The notes: generated by a model not told the origin, from the letters alone. A stretch of DNA of 64,000 bases from an uncultured Alphaproteobacteria bacterium (GCA_963777635.1 CAVZSB010000004.1:2096-66095), one strand, 5' to 3'; positions 21,587-30,506 are shown, numbered from the stretch's first letter. Translations and numbers: made by a program.

Positions 21587-24500
21587 TTACAGCGCCTCGA
21601 CCGTCACCACGCCCGACACCGCCTTGATGGCGCCGGCGATCTGCGGCGAAACCTTGAAGCGTCCCGGCAGCTTCACCTCGACCTCGTTGCCGTTGCCGAG
21701 CATCAGCACCATCGACACTTCGCCGTCGCCGTGATCGGCGCCGCTGCGTCCGGCGGCAAGCTTGATCGGCTCGAGCCGCCGCGCCACGCCTTCGATCGGC
21801 GCATCGTCGCGCAAGAACACGCGCAAGCCCTTCTGCATTTTCGCCGCCGCCTGATCGAGCGGCTCGGCCGACTGGATGCGGGCGCGCACCTCGTCGCCTT
21901 GAACTTCGGCGGTGAGAAACAAAAGCACCGCCGTGCCGGGCTCCAGCAGATCGCGGTATTGCGCCAGGCCCTCCGCGAACAGCACCGCCTCGTAGGCGCC
22001 GCTCGGATCGGACAGGCCGATGATGCCCATCTTGCTGCCGTTCCTGGTGCGGCGTTCGGTGCGCGCGACGACCGTGCCGGCGACCCGGCCGGCGCTGGCG
22101 CCGGCTTTCACGGCGCGGGAAAATTCGACCCACGACTGAACGCGCAGCCGCTTGAGCGCGGCGGCATAGTCGTCGAGCGGATGACCGCTGAGGAAAAAGC
22201 CGACCGCCTCGTATTCGCGTTGCAGGCGCTCCGCCGGCAGCCACGGCTCGACCGCCGGCAGCGCGATCGGGACCGGCGCCGCCGCGCCGCCGAACAACTC
22301 CGACTGGCCGATCGCGGCATCCTCATGGGTACGCTGCGCGGTGGCGAGCATGGTGTCGATGGCCGCAAAGGCGCGCGCGCGATTCTTCTCGATCGCGTCG
22401 AAGGCGCCGGCGGCGACGAGGCTTTCCAGCACGCGCCTGTTCACCGCGCGCGGGTTGGCGCGGCTGGCGAAATCGGCAAGATCGGCGAACGGCCGCTCGC
22501 CGCGGGCGGCAAGCAGGCTTTCGACCGCCTGCCGGCCGACGCCGCGCAACGCCGCCAGCGCGTAGTGAATGGTGTTGCCCGCGACATCGAACTCGACACC
22601 CGAGCGGTTGATCGAGGGCGGCTCGACCTTGATGCCGAGCCGCTCGGCCTCGGCGCGGAATTCGGCGAGCTTGTCGGTGTTGCCCATGTCGAGCGTCATC
22701 GAGGCGGCCAGGAATTCGACCGGATAATTCGCCTTCATGTAGGCGGTCTGATAGGCGACGAGCGCGTAAGCCGCGGCGTGGCTCTTGTTGAAGCCGTAGT
22801 CGGCAAAGCGCTCCAGCAATTCGAAGATCGCTTCGGCGTGACCGGACTCGACGCCGCGCGCCACGGCGCCGGAAACGAACCGGTCGCGCTGGGCCTTCAT
22901 CTCACTGCGAATCTTCTTGCCCATGGCGCGGCGCAGCAGATCGGCTTCGCCGAGCGAGTAGCCGGAGAGCACCTGCGCCGCCTGCATCACCTGTTCCTGA
23001 TAGACGATGACGCCGTAGGTCTCGCGCAGGATTTCTTCGAGTTTCGGATGGATGAAATCCGGCAGCTCGGTGCCGTGCTTGCGCGCGCAATAAGTCGGAA
23101 TGTTCGCCATCGGGCCCGGCCGGTAGAGCGCGACCAGCGCGATGATGTCCTCGAAGCGGTCGGGACGCATGTCGATCAGCGCCCGCCGCATGCCCGCGCT
23201 TTCCACCTGGAACACGCCGACCGTCTCGCCGTGCGCCATCATCTCGTAGGACTTGGCGTCGTCGAGCGGCAGGTTGGAGAGATCGATGTCGATGCCGCGC
23301 CGCTTGACGTGCTTCACCGCGAGATCGAGCACGGTGAGCGTTTTCAACCCCAGAAAGTCGAACTTCACCAGTCCCGCCGGTTCGACCCATTTCATGTTGA
23401 ACTGGGTCACCGGCATCAGCGATTTCGGATCGCGATAGAGCGGCACCAGTTCGGCCAGCGGCCGGTCGCCGATCACGATGCCGGCGGCGTGGGTCGAGGC
23501 GTGGCGATGCAATCCTTCAAGCTTTTGCGCGATGTCGAATGCACGCTTGGTGACGGGGTCGCGATCGCGCTCGGCCTGCAAGCGGGGCTCGTCCTCGATC
23601 GCGCGGCCGAGCGTGACGGGATTGAGCGCATTCTGCGGCACGAGCTTGCAGAGCTTGTCGACCTGCCCGTACGGCATCTGCAACACGCGTCCGACATCGC
23701 GCAGCACGCCGCGCGCCTGCAAGGTGCCGAAGGTAATGATCTGCGCCACCTGCTCGCGGCCGTATTTCTCCTGCACGTAGCGGATCACTTCATCGCGCCG
23801 GTCCTGACAGAAATCGATATCGAAGTCCGGCATCGAGACGCGTTCGGGATTGAGGAAGCGCTCGAACAGCAGCCCGAAGCGGATCGGATCGAGATCGGTG
23901 ATGGTCAGCGCGTAGGCGACCAGCGAACCCGCGCCGGAGCCGCGGCCCGGACCGACCGGAATGCCCTGCGCCTTCGCCCACTGGATGAAATCGGCGACGA
24001 TGAGGAAATAGCCGGCGTATTTCATGCTCTCGATGACGCCGAGCTCGAAGGCGAGCCGGTCGTGATAGTCCTCGGCGGTGTGGCCGGGCGCGATCGGATG
24101 CCGCGCCAGGCGGCGCTCCAGTCCGGCGCGCGCGGCGCGGCGCAGTTCCTCCGCCTCGTTGGCCTGCGCCGTCGTCTTGCTTCCGCTCAGCCCGGAGAAG
24201 CGCGGCAGGATCGGCGCCAGCGTGCGCGGGCGGAACGCGCAGCGTTCGGCGATTTCGACCGTCGCCGCCAGCGCTTCGGGCAAATCGGCAAACAACGCCG
24301 CCATTTCGGCGCGGGTCTTGTAGCGATGCTCGGGCGTGAGCTGGCGGCGCTCGCCGTCGGCGACCAGCCGGCCCTCGGCAATGCACAAAAGCGCGTCGTG
24401 CGCTTCGTAATCCTCGCGGGCGGCGAAGAACGGCTCGTTGGTGGCGACAAGCCGGATGCCGCGCGCATACGCCAGATCGATCAAAGCCGGCTCGGCCAGC

Positions 24501-25063
24501 CGCTCGGCCGGCATGCCGTGGCGCTGCAACTCGATGTAGAGGCGATCGCCGAACAGCCGTTGCAATTCCTCACAGCGGGCGACGGACAGAGCGCCCTGCC
24601 CGGCGGCGATCGCGGTGTCGAGCGGACCGTTCGGTCCGCCGCTGAGCGCGATCAGGCCGTTGGCGGCTTCCGCCAGCCACGACAGCTTGATGTGCGGCTG
24701 CTCCGACTGCTCGGTATCGAGATAGGCGCGCGAGCAAAGCCGCAACAGGCTCCGGTAGCCCTCCTCGCGTGCGGCAAGGAGCACGATCCGCGCAAATCCC
24801 TGCCCCATCGCGCCGGGGCGATTGTCCTGGTCGCCGAAATCGACGCCGAGCGCGCAACCGACAATCGGCTGGATGCCGGCGCCCGCCATTTTCTCGGAGA
24901 ATTCCAGCGCCCCGAACATGTTGTCGGTGTCGGTGAGCGCCAGCGCCGGTTGCCGGTCCTTCTTCGCAAGCTCCGCCAGCCGCGCGATCGGCAGCGCGCC
25001 TTCCAGCAGCGAATAGGACGAATGGACGTGCAGGTGCACGAAACCGGGGGTCGCGGCGGCCAT
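21587..25063 (-). CDS. dnaE: DNA polymerase III alpha subunit
   Basis: 1158 aa. PHP domain N-terminus (FVHLHVHSSYSLLEGA), DnaE core and an OB-fold C-terminus. Confidence 0.97.
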   Translation of the reverse strand: MAAATPGFVHLHVHSSYSLLEGALPIARLAELAKKDRQPALALTDTDNMFGALEFSEKMAGAGIQPIVGCALGVDFGDQDNRPGAMGQGFARIVLLAAREEGYRSLLRLCSRAYLDTEQSEQPHIKLSWLAEAANGLIALSGGPNGPLDTAIAAGQGALSVARCEELQRLFGDRLYIELQRHGMPAERLAEPALIDLAYARGIRLVATNEPFFAAREDYEAHDALLCIAEGRLVADGERRQLTPEHRYKTRAEMAALFADLPEALAATVEIAERCAFRPRTLAPILPRFSGLSGSKTTAQANEAEELRRAARAGLERRLARHPIAPGHTAEDYHDRLAFELGVIESMKYAGYFLIVADFIQWAKAQGIPVGPGRGSGAGSLVAYALTITDLDPIRFGLLFERFLNPERVSMPDFDIDFCQDRRDEVIRYVQEKYGREQVAQIITFGTLQARGVLRDVGRVLQMPYGQVDKLCKLVPQNALNPVTLGRAIEDEPRLQAERDRDPVTKRAFDIAQKLEGLHRHASTHAAGIVIGDRPLAELVPLYRDPKSLMPVTQFNMKWVEPAGLVKFDFLGLKTLTVLDLAVKHVKRRGIDIDLSNLPLDDAKSYEMMAHGETVGVFQVESAGMRRALIDMRPDRFEDIIALVALYRPGPMANIPTYCARKHGTELPDFIHPKLEEILRETYGVIVYQEQVMQAAQVLSGYSLGEADLLRRAMGKKIRSEMKAQRDRFVSGAVARGVESGHAEAIFELLERFADYGFNKSHAAAYALVAYQTAYMKANYPVEFLAASMTLDMGNTDKLAEFRAEAERLGIKVEPPSINRSGVEFDVAGNTIHYALAALRGVGRQAVESLLAARGERPFADLADFASRANPRAVNRRVLESLVAAGAFDAIEKNRARAFAAIDTMLATAQRTHEDAAIGQSELFGGAAAPVPIALPAVEPWLPAERLQREYEAVGFFLSGHPLDDYAAALKRLRVQSWVEFSRAVKAGASAGRVAGTVVARTERRTRNGSKMGIIGLSDPSGAYEAVLFAEGLAQYRDLLEPGTAVLLFLTAEVQGDEVRARIQSAEPLDQAAAKMQKGLRVFLRDDAPIEGVARRLEPIKLAAGRSGADHGDGEVSMVLMLGNGNEVEVKLPGRFKVSPQIAGAIKAVSGVVTVEAL

Positions 25064-25229
25064 AGGGTTAGATACTCGCGGGAAGCGATTCTGCGAGCCG
25101 CGAGGATGCGGCCTGGCCTGCCGCGCTGTCCATGCCGGCGCGCACGGCCGTCACCGCTGCGCACAGGATGTTTGGCCCAAATGTCTGGCCTCAAGCCGTG
25201 GTTTGCCCGCGCGCGATAGCGAACGCAGC

Positions 25230-25311
25230 GCCACTCCAACGCTCAAGCCACCAAACTCAGACCACCCCAAGCATCAGACCACGCCAAGAACTAAGCCACA
25301 CCAAGAACTTG
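25230..25311. repeat. Five degenerate tandem units (14-18 bp), plus-strand consensus GCCAC-N-CCAAG(A)AC-TCA
   Basis: Units at 25230..25245, 25246..25259, 25260..25276, 25277..25294 and 25295..25311, read directly from the sequence. The array overlaps the last codons and stop of the 32-aa ORF. Confidence 0.7.
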
Positions 25312-25389
25312 CGCCCAGACGGCGACCATGGCCAGAAACAGGCTGATCGATGCGAGCGCCAGAGCCTCCTCGGCAACCGCGCGAACCAT
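25291..25389 (-). CDS. 32-aa hydrophobic small protein MVRAVAEEALALASISLFLAMVAVWAQVLGVA (candidate SOS-induced membrane peptide)
   Basis: ATG at 25387..25389. It is preceded by SD GGGGGAGAG (25395..25403) with a 5-nt spacer. One predicted TM helix follows a short charged N-terminus. The promoter and LexA boxes lie immediately upstream. The ORF lies inside the junk 77-aa ORF of the track. Confidence 0.55.
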   Translation of the reverse strand: MVRAVAEEALALASISLFLAMVAVWAQVLGVA

Positions 25390-25411
25390 GATGTCTCTCC
25401 CCCTCGCTATA

Positions 25412-25452
25412 GAACGAAAAGAGAACATAGTTCTTATATTGTTCGGAGTCAA
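25412..25452 (-). promoter_or_regulatory. sigma70-like promoter with two inverted alphaproteobacterial LexA (SOS) boxes
   Basis: Minus strand reads TTGACT(-35, 25447..25452)-N17-TATGTT(-10, 25424..25429). GAAC-N7-GAAC (25430..25444) fills the spacer. GTTC-N7-GTTC (25412..25426) overlaps the -10 and the predicted TSS. Confidence 0.65.
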
Positions 25453-25573
25453 ATGGGGGGCGACGTTACACGTTACGGCCCCAACCTCAGCATGTAGATT
25501 TGGGGGTGCGCAACGAATGCGCACGTCCCAATAGCCGATCTATTCCGGGTCTTGCTGGCTTGGGATCGCCCTA

Positions 25574-26413
25574 ATGGACGGCCGGGGGATGCTGAAGGGC
25601 TATTTTGACGATAGTGGCACACACGGACATGCGCCGATTGTGCTCGTGGGAGGAATTTGCGGCACAGAATGGCAAATACGGTCTTTGGAAAAGGCGTGGC
25701 GAAAGCACATCGAGCGTCCTCTTGATGGACTCAAAGACCGGGTTAGGCGCTTTCACGCCTATGGATGCCATAACAGCAAGGGCGACTTTACGGGGTGGAC
25801 TAGAACAGAAACTGACCTTTTCTGGCATCAACTACAAACGGAAATTATCAAATCGCACGTCGCCGCTTACGGGATCGCTTGCGTACGCCAGGATTGGGAT
25901 GACCTGATAACAGGTCATGCTCGAACCATCTACGGCAATGCAGAGCAAATGTGCATCAAAAATTGCTTCGTGAAAGCGCTCGCGTGGGCTTCGAATAGTA
26001 CCTTTGACCCTGTCATGACTTTCGTTTTTGACAATAGACCCGCCAGTATTCAGAACGAAGCGCAGGTTGTTTCGAACACTTTTGAAACCGGGAGACCCGG
26101 CGAAACGCCTCAAGTAGCAGGCACCGCGTTTCGGAGCTCGTTCCAAACATTACCGTTGCAGGCCGCCGATTTAATTGCTTGGGAACTTTATCAGTTTGCC
26201 AACGATATTTTTAGCGGCGCTGCTGACATGGGCAAACCCAACCGGAAGCAACTGCAATATCTGATGCAGAATATGACTTTCGAAGCTCAATTCGCGCGAC
26301 GCGAAAGTATCAAACATATTGCGGAACACGTTGAAAGCCGCGATCCGGAGATGATTGCTGCCGCCGCGGACTATTTTAGGAATTCGATTGCTTCTTATCC
26401 TTCGAAAGGGTGA
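25574..26413 (+). CDS. DUF3800 domain protein
   Basis: N-terminal YFDDSGTHG (DUF3800 D-x-SG motif) and C-terminal LPLQAADLIAWELY (LQxADxxA motif). Visibly lower GC than the flanks. The start could instead be the ATG at 25589. Confidence 0.7.
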   Translation: MDGRGMLKGYFDDSGTHGHAPIVLVGGICGTEWQIRSLEKAWRKHIERPLDGLKDRVRRFHAYGCHNSKGDFTGWTRTETDLFWHQLQTEIIKSHVAAYGIACVRQDWDDLITGHARTIYGNAEQMCIKNCFVKALAWASNSTFDPVMTFVFDNRPASIQNEAQVVSNTFETGRPGETPQVAGTAFRSSFQTLPLQAADLIAWELYQFANDIFSGAADMGKPNRKQLQYLMQNMTFEAQFARRESIKHIAEHVESRDPEMIAAAADYFRNSIASYPSKG

Positions 26414-26577
26414 CGTTCTTGAGGGCCTGCCCTAAGACCTCTTTAACATCCGCGCCGACTTCCTCGACGGGTTCGACGAACCGATACAATTCTTGTGGAT
26501 CGGCGGTTTTGTCGACTTGCAGTGCAAGGCACCAACCATATCTCAGTTATGAGGGTTAGCTGTGGAGGAATTTTCAA

Positions 26578-26802
26578 ATGGATAAACGATTAGAAATCAG
26601 CCCGCGCGAAGCGGAGGAACTTATCAACGGAATGGGTCGCATCGCCACGGTTCACCTACATGACGATGGTCTCGTAACCGCGACTGCAATAAGTGTCGAT
26701 CCGGCCGACCCGCGAATCCAAAACGAAGTTGACAATTTTCTGTACGAAATTCAGCGGAAGTACCGTATTGTTAAGAAGGTCGCCAAAGCTACTTGGCGAT
26801 AG
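26578..26802 (+). CDS. hypothetical 74-aa protein
   Basis: GGAGGA SD 8 nt upstream of the ATG. Same strand and low-GC block as the DUF3800 gene. No family recognised. Confidence 0.5.
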   Translation: MDKRLEISPREAEELINGMGRIATVHLHDDGLVTATAISVDPADPRIQNEVDNFLYEIQRKYRIVKKVAKATWR

Positions 26803-26817
26803 GAGCGGAAACCGACA

Positions 26818-26899
26818 ATGGCCTCTATCGCAACCGCTCCGAAGGACGGGCGCGAAATCACGCTCTGGGCGAATCTCGCTCCGCTCGATCGCTATGGAT
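26818..26899 (+). pseudogene. small ORF (MASIATAPKDGREITLWANLAPLDRYG...) interrupted by the IS3-family element; remainder at 29621..29685
   Basis: Removing 26900..29617 plus one GAT copy restores a 48-codon ORF ending in TAA at 29683..29685. The TAPKDG N-terminal motif recurs in phage-associated small proteins (from recollection, not searched). Confidence 0.45.
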
Positions 26900-26927
26900 T
26901 GGAGTGCGCCCCTAGAGCCGGACGGGA

Positions 26928-27221
26928 TTACGCGGCGGTTTTGACCGTCTGCCGGGCGTGAACTTCCTCGAACCGGGCCGGGCTCAGATAGCCGAGCGCG
27001 GAATGGAGTTTGCGAGTGTTGTAAACCTCATCGATAAAGCGGGGAAGATCGGCAGTTACATCCTCGAAGGTTTCGTAGTCCATCAGATAGACAGCTTCGA
27101 CCTTCAGTGTCTTCATGAAGCTCTCTGCCTTGGCATTGTCGTAGGGGTTCCCGCGCCGCCCCATCGAACCAACGAGGCCGTGGTCGGCGAGCAGGCCACG
27201 GTAGAGCTCGGACGCATATTG
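26928..27221 (-). pseudogene. IS3-family transposase OrfB, C-terminal fragment (rve domain end)
   Basis: ...[42 protein letters not shown]... continues directly from ...HHSDRGSQ at 28685. Confidence 0.88.
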
Positions 27222-28681
27222 GGTGGATTCAAACGTTCGTCGCAACGCGATCCTTCTCGGCTGATAGAAGTAGCCGGTCAAGCAATTCTGCGGGCGTTTT
27301 CCAATCAAGCGTTTTGCGGGGCCGTGAGTTGAGGGCGGCTGCTACTGCGGCAATCTCGTCAGCGCTGTGCATGCTGAGGTCGGTGCCTTTGGGGAAGTAC
27401 TGCCGCAGCAGCCCATTGGTGTTCTCGTTTGTGCCGCGCTGCCATGGGCTGTGCGGATCGCAGAAGTAGACTTGGACGCCCGCGTCGATCGTTAGGCGTG
27501 CGTGCTGAGCCATCTCAGCTCCTTGATCCCAAGTCAGCGACCGACGCAGGTGCTCAGGCAAGGTGATGATCGTGTGCGTGATGGCGTCGCGCACCGCGTC
27601 GGCACCATGTCCAGCGAGGGCGGGTCCGTTCTTCACGCGAGCGTCGCGGCCATGACCCGGCATGCGCGGCAGGTGCAGCAACAGAGTGAATTGAGTCGTG
27701 CGCTCTACCAATGTCCCGATCGCCGAACTGTCAAGACCCAGGATGAGATCTCCCTCCCAGTGCCCTGGCACTGCGCGATCAACTGCTTCCGCTGGACGTT
27801 GGCTAATCATGATCTCGGAAGAGATGAAGGCCTTGCCTCGTCCGCGCGTGCGCGTCCTCGGTATCCGGAGCGGTCGCCCGGTGCGCAAGCACGCCGTCAG
27901 CTCGCGCCGCAGCGCGCCTCGTCCTTGAACGAACAGCGCTTGGTAGATGGCTTCATGGCTAATGCGCATGGTCTCATCGTCCGGGAAGTCGACCAAGAGT
28001 CGGCGGGCGATCTGTTCTGGGCTCCAGGCGTTTGACCAGCGCCGATCTTTTCGCCGCCCATGTCGACGGCCTTTCCAGGACACGGCCGGGCCGGGCACGA
28101 GAGTGCCGCTCGGAGTGACGACGATGCCAGCCAATCGCTCCTCCACATAGGCTCGCAACGCCGCATTCTCCGCAAGCTTCCCCGGTTTTGGCCGACGAGC
28201 GGCTCGTTCGGCGTGCCATTGCGCTGTTGTGGCGCGGTACTCCAGACCGCCGCTTCGAGTGGCAGCATTGCGCCGCAACTCCCGTGAGATCGTCGATGCC
28301 GCCCGCCCAAGCCGACGAGCAACCTCCTGCATTGAATAGCCCTGCGCGCGAAGGACTGCGATTTCCTCCCGCTCTGCAAACGAGAGATAACGTCCCGAAA
28401 GCGGTTTGGCCGATCGTCCAAACATCGCCGGTGATATTCCCCCTGCTGTCCGGAACCATCGTGTCCCTACCGCCGGCGGCACACCGGCCGCTAGCGCAGC
28501 ATCCCCGCTCTCCAAGCCTATCGCGATTCCGGCCCAGAAGCGCCGCCGCTCATCTCGTCCTGCCACGGCGGGTCGACCTGGTGAGAACAATGGCGCCCGC
28601 CCAGACCGATCCGAACGCCGCTTCCGAAGTTTCATCGCAACCCCCTTCATCAGAGCGTTGCGACCACCACTTGAGTTCGCC
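27222..28681 (-). mobile_element. IS30-family insertion sequence (1460 bp) nested inside IS3 orfB
   Basis: Imperfect ~27-bp terminal IRs: GGTGGATTCAAACGTTCGTCGCAACGC at 27222..27248, and GGCGAACTCAAGTGGTGGTCGCAACGC as reverse complement of 28655..28681. A 3-bp target duplication TTG is present at 27219..27221 and 28682..28684. Confidence 0.88.
27229..28635 (-). CDS. IS30-family DDE transposase
   Basis: [27 protein letters not shown] and [28 protein letters not shown] motifs. Start preferred at the second ATG (28633..28635), which has an AAGGGGG SD; the first ATG is at 28648..28650. Confidence 0.9.
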   Translation of the reverse strand: MKLRKRRSDRSGRAPLFSPGRPAVAGRDERRRFWAGIAIGLESGDAALAAGVPPAVGTRWFRTAGGISPAMFGRSAKPLSGRYLSFAEREEIAVLRAQGYSMQEVARRLGRAASTISRELRRNAATRSGGLEYRATTAQWHAERAARRPKPGKLAENAALRAYVEERLAGIVVTPSGTLVPGPAVSWKGRRHGRRKDRRWSNAWSPEQIARRLLVDFPDDETMRISHEAIYQALFVQGRGALRRELTACLRTGRPLRIPRTRTRGRGKAFISSEIMISQRPAEAVDRAVPGHWEGDLILGLDSSAIGTLVERTTQFTLLLHLPRMPGHGRDARVKNGPALAGHGADAVRDAITHTIITLPEHLRRSLTWDQGAEMAQHARLTIDAGVQVYFCDPHSPWQRGTNENTNGLLRQYFPKGTDLSMHSADEIAAVAAALNSRPRKTLDWKTPAELLDRLLLSAEKDRVATNV

Positions 28682-29188
28682 TTGCGAGCCTCGATCCGAG
28701 TGGTGAACGCAGCCCTTGGGGGGCTGCCGCGCTCGGATGGCCGCCTTCAAGGCAGCAACGGCTAGGCGCGCGTCGATTGAGCGGCTGATCGCATAGCCGA
28801 CCACCCGACGTGACCAGGCATCGAGGACGGCGGCCATATAGACGAAGCCGGCGGCGATCGCGATGTAGGTGATATCTGCCACCCAAACCTGGTTCGGGCC
28901 GTCAAGGATCCTGTGACGGGCGAGGTCGGGGAAGATCGGGCCGTCGTGGTCGCTGTCAGTCGTGGTTACGAACCGCTTGCGGCGCTTGGGTTGCAGGTCG
29001 TTCTCGCGCATGAGACGGCGGGTTTTTTTGGAATTGACCACTATGCCGCGATGACGCAACTCGGCGCCAACCCGGCGATAGCCATAGGCTTCGAACTCAT
29101 CGCAGATCGCGATCATGGTCGTGACCAGCGCGGCGTCGTCGATCGGCAATGACGGAACGTCATAGTAGGTGGAGCGCGACAGGCCCAT
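28682..29188 (-). pseudogene. IS3-family transposase OrfB, N-terminal fragment
   Basis: ...VWVADITYI...AAVLDAWSRRVVGYA...HHSDRGSQ, then the frame runs into the IS30 end. Its ATG overlaps the orfA stop (ATGA at 29186..29190). The orfB frame stays open upstream, consistent with OrfAB frameshifting. Confidence 0.85.
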
Positions 29189-29538
29189 CAGCCGGCATCC
29201 TTCGGCGATGGAGAGGTCACGGGGCCGGTGATGACGGATGTACTCGCGCTTCTCGGCCGCGGCGTGCTTTTCAGAGCCCCCTTTAGAAACTCGATTTCCA
29301 GGGCCTGCCGACCGACCATGCGTTCAAGCGCCGCGATCTTTGCCTCGTAGTCCTGAAGCAGATCAGCCGCCTGGGCATCATCATCGAACGCCCCAGCTTC
29401 AAACTTCCGTACCCAGATTCTGATGAGGTTACGCGAGATGTCGTGTCTGCTGGCGAGAGCATACAGTGTCTCGCCCGCAATGAAGTCCTGGGCGACCTGC
29501 CGTTTGAACTCGACGCTGTGGGTGCGGTGCTTGGCCAT
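29188..29538 (-). CDS. IS3-family transposase OrfA (HTH)
   Basis: MAKHRTHSVEFKRQVAQDFIAGETLYALASRHDISRNLIRIWVRKFE..., followed by a leucine-zipper-like LEIEFLKGALK. Confidence 0.88.
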   Translation of the reverse strand: MAKHRTHSVEFKRQVAQDFIAGETLYALASRHDISRNLIRIWVRKFEAGAFDDDAQAADLLQDYEAKIAALERMVGRQALEIEFLKGALKSTPRPRSASTSVITGPVTSPSPKDAG

Positions 29539-29681
29539 GGCTTCCATCCTCTGAAAAGCCCGGCAGCCCCGGTCAATTCCCAATCTGCAATCTGTCCACC
29601 GTCAGGGGCGCACTCCAGATTGGCTACCGGTCTAAAGGAAAATCGGCCCGGACCGCCATCCTCGCCTTCTCGACGAACTCC

Positions 29682-29912
29682 CTAACCCGCTTTCGCGGCG
29701 CGGATTTCCCGCTCAAGCTTTCGCTTCTTTTCCAACAGCTCGACAAGCCGGCCGCTCAATTCCTCGAACGCCGTAACGAAATCATTGTGCTCGGGGTCGG
29801 TCCAGGCGTGGCCTTCGCCGATGGCCCTTTGCCATTCTATTCGCACGGTTTCGGAAAGGTCCGCCAATTCCCTGGAAACTGCGGCCAGTTGGTCTTGCAA
29901 GGATTTTGTCAT
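29682..29912 (-). CDS. hypothetical 76-aa coiled-coil protein
   Basis: MTKSLQDQLAAVSRELADLSE...LLEKKRKLEREIRAAKAG. No family recognised. Start chosen at the internal Met. Confidence 0.4.
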   Translation of the reverse strand: MTKSLQDQLAAVSRELADLSETVRIEWQRAIGEGHAWTDPEHNDFVTAFEELSGRLVELLEKKRKLEREIRAAKAG

Positions 29913-30049
29913 GCGATGGAATATGCCCGCTTCGGCCGGGCTGGCAAGCCTTTGCGCGGCGTTATTCAAACCGACCTGCCTGCCCAAAGCGGTGCGGAAA
30001 ACTGATTGTGCCTCAGTTTGGATTTGATCGGAGCGATTGGCCCAGCCTT

Positions 30050-30427
30050 TTACCGGAACGCCGATCTTCTAATGCCGGTGTAAACAGCGAAACCAGCCGC
30101 AATGGATGTTCCTAGAACAATTGCTGCGGTTTGCCTGAGAGTTTCGACTGGATAGAGGCCGGTCATGACCATGGAAATGCGCCCGGCGACGACGACAACA
30201 AGAAACGTAATGGCCAATATCGCCGCGCGCCGTTTCATGGTGAGAATGAGAAAACCGGCCGCGGCGTAGAGAGCACCAACGATTGCACCAGCATAGGCAG
30301 AGACCGCGCCCTGAGCGGTATGAAGGCCGAAAAAGTTGTGGGTGAAGCCCGTAACAATCTCGGCAAAACCAAAGACAATCATCAGCGATGCGATGATCGT
30401 CATATCGCATGGGCGGCGTTGGTCCAT
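30050..30427 (-). CDS. hypothetical integral membrane protein (about 4 TM segments)
   Basis: Hydrophobic segments IIASLMIVFGFAEIV, AGAIVGALYAAAGFLIL, AILAITFLVVVVAG and AIVLGTSIAAGFAVY. Start at Met48 (30427) or Met56 (30403) of the track ORF. Confidence 0.5.
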   Translation of the reverse strand: MDQRRPCDMTIIASLMIVFGFAEIVTGFTHNFFGLHTAQGAVSAYAGAIVGALYAAAGFLILTMKRRAAILAITFLVVVVAGRISMVMTGLYPVETLRQTAAIVLGTSIAAGFAVYTGIRRSAFR

Positions 30428-30506
30428 AGCGCTCGTCGGTCCGCAATGTGGGCCAGGCGCGACGGCGCTCCGGCTTACCGTTGAATTCAGACTGATCACT
30501 ACCGGA

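Larger units (their letters stand above)
26900..29617 (-). mobile_element. IS3-family insertion sequence (IS407-like orfA/orfB), disrupted by an IS30-family element
   Basis: Terminal inverted repeats TGGAGTGCGCCCCT... at 26900 and, as reverse complement, at 29617. A 3-bp direct repeat GAT flanks the element (26897..26899 and 29618..29620). About 1255 bp remain once the IS30 insert and its duplicated TTG are removed. Confidence 0.88.

Noticed and set aside
21572-25219. 1215-aa plus-strand ORF antisense to dnaE. Similar long antisense or alternate-frame ORFs include 19680..21557, 41848..43650, 48370..50361, 52983..54461, 38997..40151, 31854..33101 and 47181..48314.
   Set aside because: These are typical high-GC shadow ORFs. 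Their translations are Arg/Ala/Gly/Pro-rich low-complexity strings with no recognisable motifs. Each fully overlaps a well-supported conserved gene on the other strand or frame.
25230-25311. Possible CRISPR-like array.
   Set aside because: The units are only 14-18 bp, degenerate and directly abutting, with no spacers. No cas genes are nearby.
25423-25433. GAAC-TAT-GTTC at the centre of the operator as a Gram-positive-type Cheo/DinR box.
   Set aside because: The Cheo box is GAAC-N4-GTTC, and here the spacing is N3. The two flanking N7 direct-repeat boxes match the alphaproteobacterial LexA motif exactly, so the central palindrome is a by-product of their inverted arrangement.
26414-26560. Minus-strand reading frame ...DPQELYRFVEPVEEVGADVKEVLGQALKNVTLSKDKKQSNS overlapping the DUF3800 3' end.
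   Set aside because: There is no ATG, GTG or TTG start in frame after the upstream stop, and no SD. It partly lies antisense to a better-supported gene.
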